Part shown: piece after piece, positions 26,458-33,061 of the stretch
Position numbering within the stretch: position 1 is the first letter of the stretch
How the letters are laid out: each line of letters starts with the position of its first letter
Assembly: GCA_019308145.1 (NCBI GenBank)
Contig: JAFDIG010000008.1
Span: 1 to 33,061, forward strand
From: Deltaproteobacteria bacterium
Lineage (GTDB): Bacteria; Desulfobacterota; JAFDIG01
Reading direction: 5' to 3'
Length of the DNA: 33,061 nucleotides
Translations under genes and position numbers: made by a program
Notes under the pieces: generated by a model
Told to the model about the DNA's origin: nothing
Database searches by the model: none
The model's input: only the letters and a program-made list of their open reading frames with translations

Positions 26458-27713
26458 AATATGATTTGATTATCATAGGAGCAGGTCTTTCTGGTTTTAT
26501 GGCAGCAAAAAGGGCAGCCGAAGGAGGGTTAAATGTTCTTATTCTATCAAAAGGATTAGGTGTTCATCAAATTTTTTCTGGGTGTATTGATTTATTAGGC
26601 TATTATCCTGAAGATAACTCTCGTTTTCTTGAATCCCCTTTTGAAGGTATACAAGGTTTAACAACATCTAAAACTTCTCATCCATACTTTCTTGCTGGAA
26701 TTGACGATATAATAGATGGATTAAATTCCTTTTTAGATATTTTTGAAAATGAATATTGCTATATTGAGGGCAAAAACCAGCTAATTCCTACCAGTATAGG
26801 GACATTAAAACCTTCATATCTTATACCAATAACCATGATTGATGGGGCTTTCCCATTTAAAGATGATATACTTCTTTTAGGTATCAAGGAGCTACAATAT
26901 TTTTCTTCTCCTCTGGCTGCTTTAAATCTAAAAAGATATGGAAATGTTAGATCAAATGAAATATCAATTTATGAAATCATTAACCAAAAGAATATATATC
27001 CAGTTCAAATAGCAAATCTTTTTGATAAAGCAGAATTTAGAGAAAAATTTATAACTCTAATATCTAAAAAAATTAAAGGGGTAAAATTGGTAGGAATGCC
27101 TGCCATCTTAGGCAGGGATAAATTTAGAGAAGCAATTAATCACCTTGAAAGTGAATTAGATGTTGAGATATTTGAAATCCCTACACTTCCTCCTTCAATA
27201 CCTGGATATAGACTTTATAAAAGATTCAGAAGATATTTGGATAATCTCGGTGTAGAGATACGATTAGGTGTTGAGGTGATCAAAGGGGAGGTTAGAAAAG
27301 GGAAAATTGTTCAACTTTTAGCAAATTTAAGAGAAAAGGAAGAGATTTTTAGGGCAAAATATTTTCTTTTAACAACAGGAAGATTTATAAGCAATGGGCT
27401 AAAGGCTAAAAAAGGGACTGTTAGTGAACCAATCTTTAATCTTCCTATATATTTTTTAAAAGATAAAGAAAAATGGTTTAATTATGACTTTTTTTATCCA
27501 AAAGGACATATGATAAATAATTTTGGAGTTATGGTCGATAATAGATTTTTCCCTGTGGATGAAAAGGGAGATAGGATGTATGAAAATTTAAAAGTAGCAG
27601 GTTCGATTTTAGCTTACCACAACTCCTTTAGAGAAAAATCAGGTGCTGGGATTGCTATTACAACAGGATATAGCTCTGTATCAGATTGGATAAAATATGA
27701 AAGACAATATTGA
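26454..27713 (+). CDS. glpB: Anaerobic glycerol-3-phosphate dehydrogenase subunit B
   Basis: 419 aa, the same size as E. coli GlpB, with N-terminal DLIIIGAGLSG. The GTG start overlaps the glpA stop (GTGA). Confidence 0.85.
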   Translation: MKYDLIIIGAGLSGFMAAKRAAEGGLNVLILSKGLGVHQIFSGCIDLLGYYPEDNSRFLESPFEGIQGLTTSKTSHPYFLAGIDDIIDGLNSFLDIFENEYCYIEGKNQLIPTSIGTLKPSYLIPITMIDGAFPFKDDILLLGIKELQYFSSPLAALNLKRYGNVRSNEISIYEIINQKNIYPVQIANLFDKAEFREKFITLISKKIKGVKLVGMPAILGRDKFREAINHLESELDVEIFEIPTLPPSIPGYRLYKRFRRYLDNLGVEIRLGVEVIKGEVRKGKIVQLLANLREKEEIFRAKYFLLTTGRFISNGLKAKKGTVSEPIFNLPIYFLKDKEKWFNYDFFYPKGHMINNFGVMVDNRFFPVDEKGDRMYENLKVAGSILAYHNSFREKSGAGIAITTGYSSVSDWIKYERQY

Positions 27714-28902
27714 TCCATGTGTAAAATGTTCGATTTGTAATCTTTATTGCCCAGTGGCTTTAGAAACAGATCTTTTTCCTGGAGCAAAAACATCAGGTCC
27801 TGATGCTCAACGATTTAAATTTTCAAATGGTGTAATTCCAGAGGAGTTTAGCAGATATTGTATTGGATGTGGTAATTGTGTTATCAATTGTCCAGCTGGA
27901 ATCAATACACCATTATTAAATATATTGTCAAAAGCTAAATATAGGGAGAAACATCCTTTATCATTAGGCGAAAGATTGCTCGAAAATGTGATATTTCTCC
28001 CATCTTATATTGATATTTTTTCTAATTTGATAAATAAAATAACAAATTCTTCTTTTGTTAAAAAGATAATATTTCCTTTTTTAGGGCTATCAAGCAAAAG
28101 AGAACTGCCATATTTTGCAAAAAGAAGTTTTTCCCATTTGATTAAAGCAAAAAAATTGAAAAAAGGGGGAAAGAAAGTTGTTTATTTTTATGGATGCTAT
28201 ACAGAGGCACATGAACCAGAGGTAGGAGAGGCGGTTGTTTATGTTTTAAATAAGAACGGATACGATCCAGTTTTTCCTTCGTGGGTTTGCTGTGGAGCTC
28301 CTTTTATTGGTGCTGGCAATATTGAAAAAGGAGAAAAACTTGCAAAGAAAAATATCAAATCTTTATCAAAAATGGACTCACTTGATATAATATTTAGTTC
28401 TACTACATGTTATCATACCATTAGAGATAGTTATAAGGAACTATATGAGATAGATGGCATAGATGATGTAGCTAAAAGATGCAAAGATATATTCCAATTT
28501 CTTGTTGAGCTGAATGATAACGGTAAATTAAATAAAGATTTTGGCAAAATAAAGAAAAGATATTTCTATCATACCCCATGTCATCTGAAGCTCTTAGGCA
28601 TTGGGACTCCCGCGTTAGAGATTTTGAAACTTATACCATCAATAGAGATTATCAAGGGTGATGCACTCTGTTGTGGTTTAGGGGGATTATTTGGATATAA
28701 AGATTATGGTTATGATATTTCTGTAAAGATTGGGGAGGAGTTAGCAAAGGAAATAGAGGATTCAAATGTAGATGGTGTGATATCTGATTGTGAAGGATGT
28801 AGGATCCAAGTTCACCATCTTACAAAAAAGCCTGTTTATCACCCGATTACTATCTTGATGGAAGCATATAAATTAGGGGATCATTTGTCTAAAGAAATTT
28901 AA
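27697..28902 (+). CDS. glpC: Anaerobic glycerol-3-phosphate dehydrogenase subunit C (Fe-S / CCG-domain subunit)
   Basis: 401 aa with two ferredoxin motifs, CVKCSICNLYCP and CIGCGNCVINCP, and two CCG motifs, WVCCGAPF and ALCCGLGG. It overlaps the glpB end by 17 nt. Confidence 0.88.
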   Translation: MKDNIDPCVKCSICNLYCPVALETDLFPGAKTSGPDAQRFKFSNGVIPEEFSRYCIGCGNCVINCPAGINTPLLNILSKAKYREKHPLSLGERLLENVIFLPSYIDIFSNLINKITNSSFVKKIIFPFLGLSSKRELPYFAKRSFSHLIKAKKLKKGGKKVVYFYGCYTEAHEPEVGEAVVYVLNKNGYDPVFPSWVCCGAPFIGAGNIEKGEKLAKKNIKSLSKMDSLDIIFSSTTCYHTIRDSYKELYEIDGIDDVAKRCKDIFQFLVELNDNGKLNKDFGKIKKRYFYHTPCHLKLLGIGTPALEILKLIPSIEIIKGDALCCGLGGLFGYKDYGYDISVKIGEELAKEIEDSNVDGVISDCEGCRIQVHHLTKKPVYHPITILMEAYKLGDHLSKEI

Positions 28903-29016
28903 TTATATTGAATTTTCAAAAATAAAAAACAAGAAATTTTTTTTTATTTTTAAACTTGATATAGCCAGCCTAAATTGAATGAGTCAGTTTTTCTTACACA
29001 GAGTAATTATTTCTAT

Positions 29017-29520
29017 CTAATAAAATAAACCGAATAAAAGGGGTCTCAATTTTACAGTAATGATAGCAATTCCACCATCTTTAATCCTTTTATAAAGTTC
29101 AATTTGAATATTTTTAAAAAAAATCCTTTGCTTGGTTATATGACTAACAAAAATTCTCAAATTATTAAGCTCTATATCATGATGCTTTATTTTCATCATG
29201 CCATTTTTATAAAAGAAATCTTTTTTTTGTACTATAAAAGGCATACCAGCACCATATGAGGGGAAAATTGTTTCAATTGGTTCAATCTTATAATGAGCAT
29301 TGATTAAAAATATTCCTCTAACATTCATATGTTCCACTGAGTGAATATACCGAATTTCAAACAGATCACCAGCTGAAACCAATCCTGAGTAAATAGGTAC
29401 CCTACTTGTTTCATCATCAATAATAAAGAAATGTAAAGGGAAAAAAAGGATCAATAAGAAAATAATGATAAAAAGAGAAAGCAGATAACTTTTCTTTTTG
29501 AAGGAGTTTATAAATTTCAT
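29017..29520 (-). CDS. DUF1850 domain protein (TAXI-TRAP-associated, function unknown)
   Basis: 167 aa with an N-terminal TM helix. It has IRYIHSVE...FPSYGAGMPF, matching my recollection of the DUF1850 HSV / GAG(L/M)P signature. It sits directly downstream of a TAXI-type TRAP permease, its usual context. Confidence 0.65.
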   Translation of the reverse strand: MKFINSFKKKSYLLSLFIIIFLLILFFPLHFFIIDDETSRVPIYSGLVSAGDLFEIRYIHSVEHMNVRGIFLINAHYKIEPIETIFPSYGAGMPFIVQKKDFFYKNGMMKIKHHDIELNNLRIFVSHITKQRIFFKNIQIELYKRIKDGGIAIITVKLRPLLFGLFY

Positions 29521-29557
29521 TATAGTTTATTCTAAAATGGAATTAAATAAAACGTTA

Positions 29558-31621
29558 CTATGATATGGGAATTGGTAAAACCTTCTCTTTTTTTCTTCTT
29601 AGCACCTGTAAAAGCAAAATTAGAGCAAGCCAAGCCGCACCTAAAATATCAGTGAAAAAACCTGGTTTAATTAAGAAAATAGCAATGACGAAAAGTGATA
29701 ATCTTTCCCATAATCTGGTTTTAACTAACAAAAACCCCTGAATACCCGCAGCAAATAAAAACATTCCAACAATCGCAACAGGAATAATCATTAATAGGTT
29801 TAGAAAACTTGTGTTAATCATCAGCAATTGAGGGTTATAAAGATAGATAAAAGGAAGAGTAAAAGCAGCTGCATCAAGTTTAAATGACTGTATCCCAGTT
29901 TTAATAGGATCTGAATGGGCAATACCAGCTGCAGCATAAGCACACAAACCAACAGGGGGGGTATCATCTGCCACAATTCCATAGTAAAAGACAAAAAGAT
30001 GAGCAGCAATCAATGGTACACCTAAATCAGCACCTACTTCTAAAATAGCTGGAGCAGTCATCGCGGCCATAATAATATATGTAGCAGTTGTAGGGAGACC
30101 CATCCCTAAGATAATAGAAGCAAAAACAGCAAATAAAAGTGTCAAAAAAAGTTTACCTTGAGCTAAAGTTACAATAAGCAAAGTCATTTTTAAACCAAGG
30201 CCAGTCAACGTAACAACCCCTACAATAATACCGCAGCATGCACATGCAGCAGCGATTCCTATCATGTTTCTGGCTCCCATCTCCATTGCCTGCAACAAAA
30301 GTTTAATGGCTGTTGCTGTACCACCAATCCATGGATTAAATTTTGTTTCCTCAATAGATGCTTGATCATTAACTGCATCAGATGGATTGCTTTTTTTTGT
30401 TTTTAAATAACGTATTGGATATCGAATGTTATTTTCGATAAGAGCAACAGCAATGCTTACCATAATGCTTATAAAAGCAGATGTAGTTGGTGTTAACTTC
30501 AAAACAAGGAGGACATAAATTAAGAAAGCCAAAGGAATCAAAAGATAGGCACCGCTAAAGAAAGTCTTTAGTACTGGTGGTATTTCTTCTTTAGGAAGCC
30601 TGCCAATTCCGGTTTTAATAGCTTCTAAATGGATTATACTAAATATTGCAATATAACTTAAAACAGCTGGAATAATGGCATGTTTTATAATCTGAAAGTA
30701 AGGAATATCAGTAAATTCTGCCATAATAAAAGCTGCTGCTCCCATAACAGGGGGCATAAGCTGACCATTGGTAGATGCTGCCACTTCAACAGCACCTGCC
30801 ATCTCTTTTCTAAATCCCACTTTTTTCATTAAAGGGATTGTCATACTACCAGTTGTGACTGTATTAGCAATAGAGCTCCCTGAAACCGTTCCCATTAAAG
30901 CACTAGCTACAACAGCTGCTTTTGCCGGTCCTCCACGAAATCTTCCCATAGTTGCAAAAGAAAGTTTAAGCAAATAATCTCCTGCTCCCGTACGTTCTAA
31001 AAATGCACCAAAAAGTACAAAAAGGAAGACATAAGTAGAGGAAACCCCGATCGGTACCCCCCAAATTCCTTCCATTGTTAAGAACAGATGATCAATGAGT
31101 CTACGAATACCATAACCTCGGTGCTCTATCAATTCAGGCATCCATGGTCCTAAGAAAACATAAATAATAAAAACAAGGGTAATAACAGGTAGGGCAGGTG
31201 AAACAGAACGTCTTGTTGCTTCAAGAATAAATAGTATAAGTCCAATGCCAAAAATTAGATCAATATTTGTTGGATTACCAACTCTAAACATTAACTGGTT
31301 ATAAAAAATTGAACTATAAAGAGCAAAAGCTCCTCCAAGTATGGCAAAAATCCAATCAATAAAAGCTACACGATCTTTTCTGGCTTTGTTACTGTAAGGG
31401 AAATAGAGAAAACAGAGAAAAAGAGCAAAAGCAAGGTGGCGAGAGCGGTGAAGCATAGCGGTTGGGACTCCTATTCCAGAAGTATACAAATGATAAAAAG
31501 ACATCAAAATAGCAACTGTAGTAACAAAAAAGCGTGCTTTCCCTCTTAATTTCCTTGAGCCAAATTCTACTTCAATACCTACTTTCTTTTGTCTTCTTTT
31601 TTCCCTCCATTTTTTAAACAT
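29558..31621 (-). CDS. TRAP transporter fused permease (TAXI-type, DctQ/DctM-like fusion)
   Basis: 687 aa, highly polytopic, with the typical basic N-terminus and a FFVTTVAILMSFYHLYTSG segment. Confidence 0.9.
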   Translation of the reverse strand: MFKKWREKRRQKKVGIEVEFGSRKLRGKARFFVTTVAILMSFYHLYTSGIGVPTAMLHRSRHLAFALFLCFLYFPYSNKARKDRVAFIDWIFAILGGAFALYSSIFYNQLMFRVGNPTNIDLIFGIGLILFILEATRRSVSPALPVITLVFIIYVFLGPWMPELIEHRGYGIRRLIDHLFLTMEGIWGVPIGVSSTYVFLFVLFGAFLERTGAGDYLLKLSFATMGRFRGGPAKAAVVASALMGTVSGSSIANTVTTGSMTIPLMKKVGFRKEMAGAVEVAASTNGQLMPPVMGAAAFIMAEFTDIPYFQIIKHAIIPAVLSYIAIFSIIHLEAIKTGIGRLPKEEIPPVLKTFFSGAYLLIPLAFLIYVLLVLKLTPTTSAFISIMVSIAVALIENNIRYPIRYLKTKKSNPSDAVNDQASIEETKFNPWIGGTATAIKLLLQAMEMGARNMIGIAAACACCGIIVGVVTLTGLGLKMTLLIVTLAQGKLFLTLLFAVFASIILGMGLPTTATYIIMAAMTAPAILEVGADLGVPLIAAHLFVFYYGIVADDTPPVGLCAYAAAGIAHSDPIKTGIQSFKLDAAAFTLPFIYLYNPQLLMINTSFLNLLMIIPVAIVGMFLFAAGIQGFLLVKTRLWERLSLFVIAIFLIKPGFFTDILGAAWLALILLLQVLRRKKEKVLPIPIS

Positions 31622-31694
31622 TTTTTCCCTTTCTCGTTTTTTGAGTTTTTAAGGAGTGTACAATTGAATTTAGAAGAGTCATCTATCTACATTG

Positions 31695-31738
31695 AATAAA
31701 GGCTTAGGCAATAGAAATTATCTGCCTAAGCCTTTATT
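31695..31738 (-). terminator. Stem-loop (partial terminator/attenuator) between the TAXI binding-protein and permease genes
   Basis: AATAAAGGCTTAGGCA (31695-31710) pairs with TGCCTAAGCCTTTATT (31723-31738), a perfect 16-bp stem with a 12-nt loop. On the minus-strand transcript the GC-rich core is followed by UUUAUU. It begins 7 nt after the binding-protein stop. Confidence 0.5.
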
Positions 31739-31744
31739 TTCGTA

Positions 31745-32746
31745 TTAGAATCCAGCAGGAATTTTAACACCCTTTTCTTTGAAATATTTTTTAGCACCAG
31801 GATGTAGAGGTATAGACATGCCATCCATTGCGGTATCAAGTGTGACTTGCTTTAAAGTAGCATGAGCTTTATGAATAGTCTTTAAATTTTCAAATATAGC
31901 TTTGGTGAAATTGTAAACAACCTTTTCTGGTATATCTGCTCTTGTGACTAACATTGCAAGAATAGCTACTGTTTTTACATCTTTATCAAGTCCTTTGTAA
32001 GTACCAGCTTTTATAGGAAACTGTGCATAAAAAGGATATTTCTTAATAAGCTTTTTCGCGTGTTCATCATCAATATGAACGATTGTACAAGGTGTCATCA
32101 TTGCTGTATCTACTAAAACAGCAGCCCCAACACCAACAGTATAAAATGCAGCATCGATCCTACCATCTTTTAAGAAATCAGAAGATTCACGAGCGGTTAG
32201 CCTTTCAACCTTTCCAAGATCCTTAAAAGTCATACCATAAATTTCCAGGATCTGCTTAGCATTAACTTCTGTTCCACTTCCTAATGGACCAACACAAACC
32301 TTTTTGCCTCTTAAATCAGCAGGTGTTTTGATATTTGATTTTTTTAGAGCCTGGATTTGTACATATTCAGGGTAAAGTGTGCATATAGCCCTCATATTTT
32401 TTGCTGGCTTGTTTTTACCTGAACCAGGTGCAAACATCTTTATGCCATTATAAGCATAATATGCAATGTCGTTTTGCAGAATAGCAAAATCAGCATCTTT
32501 GTTTGCTATAAGGTTTGCATTCGCAACAGAAGCACCTGACGATTCTACTGTTGCTCTTAATCCATATTCAGGATGTTTAAATAAAATCCTTGAGATTGAG
32601 CCCCCTAAAGGATAGTAACAACCTGTGACCCATCCACTCGCTATTGTTACCAACCTTTTTTTGCCAGCCATAGCAGGGGATGGATTTAATTGAAATAGGG
32701 CCAGTGTAAAAACTAAACATGTAATAATAATGATTATCTTTTTCAT
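31745..32746 (-). CDS. TAXI-family TRAP transporter solute-binding subunit
   Basis: 333 aa with a signal peptide (IIIIITCLVFTLALFQL). It has GG.YYPLGGSISRIL...ATVESSGASVANANLIANKDADFAILQND, typical of TAXI (immunogenic-protein-like) receptors. Strong RBS GGGAGGGAG. Confidence 0.88.
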   Translation of the reverse strand: MKKIIIIITCLVFTLALFQLNPSPAMAGKKRLVTIASGWVTGCYYPLGGSISRILFKHPEYGLRATVESSGASVANANLIANKDADFAILQNDIAYYAYNGIKMFAPGSGKNKPAKNMRAICTLYPEYVQIQALKKSNIKTPADLRGKKVCVGPLGSGTEVNAKQILEIYGMTFKDLGKVERLTARESSDFLKDGRIDAAFYTVGVGAAVLVDTAMMTPCTIVHIDDEHAKKLIKKYPFYAQFPIKAGTYKGLDKDVKTVAILAMLVTRADIPEKVVYNFTKAIFENLKTIHKAHATLKQVTLDTAMDGMSIPLHPGAKKYFKEKGVKIPAGF

Positions 32747-33061
32747 ACTCCCTCCCTTATTTCCCTTTAACTATAGTTTAGATTTACTTCACCTCCTTTC
32801 TTGATTAATAAATAAGTTTAGAAAGTTTTACAATTTTTGATACAACCTCTTTTCACACAAACGGAGAGAATAACAGTATCTACCTGATTGCTAAGTAAAG
32901 AGCTTCCTCTTGACTATAATATAAAAATTTTTTATTCTAAAATATAAAAAACTAAAAACAATTTTGTATAAAAAAGTTTACTAAAATTAAAGAAACTATT
33001 AAATTTTTAAAAGAACTCTCAATATTTATATTTAGAATTTTATTTAATATGAACAGATTTG

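Noticed and set aside
28918-28951. A/T-only palindrome AAAAATAAAAAA...TTTTTTATTTTT between convergent glpC and the DUF1850 gene as a bidirectional terminator
   Set aside because: The stem consists solely of A-T pairs and would be very weak, so I cannot support it as a terminator from sequence alone.
18506-32746. Higher GC in parts of the ugp-glp and TRAP genes (about 42% in sampled lines versus about 30% elsewhere) as evidence for a horizontally acquired island
   Set aside because: Hand counts of other lines in the same operon (LacI, glpB) gave 25-28%, and EF-G and mnmE gave 35-37%. The variation tracks protein conservation rather than a block boundary. There are also no integrase, tRNA or flanking repeats.
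33049-33061. ATG AAC AGA TTT G at the right edge as the start of a plus-strand gene
   Set aside because: Only four codons are visible and there is no RBS, so it cannot be supported.

Overview
This is a low-GC bacterial chromosomal segment, roughly 30-40% GC by eye over a few hand-counted lines, encoding K/I/E-rich proteins. I count 31 credible protein genes plus one gene remnant. I see no rRNA, tRNA, CRISPR array, transposase, integrase or phage genes. All family calls were made by eye from motifs and recollection, and no searches were run. Layout: (i) 61-2109 is a stand-alone EF-G gene. (ii) 2283-5427 is a plus-strand four-gene unit (STAS-like/wHTH protein, 70-aa Cys protein, M23 peptidase, MBL hydrolase) behind a perfect sigma70 consensus promoter. 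(iii) Miscellaneous genes follow: PfkB kinase, GT39/ArnT-like glycosyltransferase, RadC, a DUF1638-like protein, a small HExxH protein and a rhomboid protease. (iv) The conserved minus-strand cluster rpmH-rnpA-yidD-yidC-jag-mnmE is extended by a tightly coupled B12-domain radical SAM enzyme and a MidA/DUF185-type methyltransferase. (v) A plus-strand operon of about 10.4 kb carries a LacI-family regulator, a binding-protein gene remnant, a TIM-barrel isomerase, ugpCBAE and glpABC, for glycerol-3-phosphate uptake and anaerobic oxidation. (vi) A minus-strand TAXI-type TRAP transporter sits with a DUF1850 gene. The most notable observations are these. rpmH (L34) is absent from the ORF track and lies entirely inside, and out of frame with, an extended rnpA frame that has no canonical start after rpmH, a Thermus-like arrangement. 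The mnmE-radical SAM-methyltransferase module sits where mnmG-rsmG is usually found. A consensus promoter abuts a 33-bp perfect palindrome made of two LacI-type operators. A deletion scar fuses a truncated binding-protein gene to a start-less TIM-barrel gene. Identical orphan perfect Shine-Dalgarno 12-mers lie upstream of both transporter binding-protein genes. I found no clear defence or mobile system, and the candidate novel modules are guilt-by-association hypotheses only.
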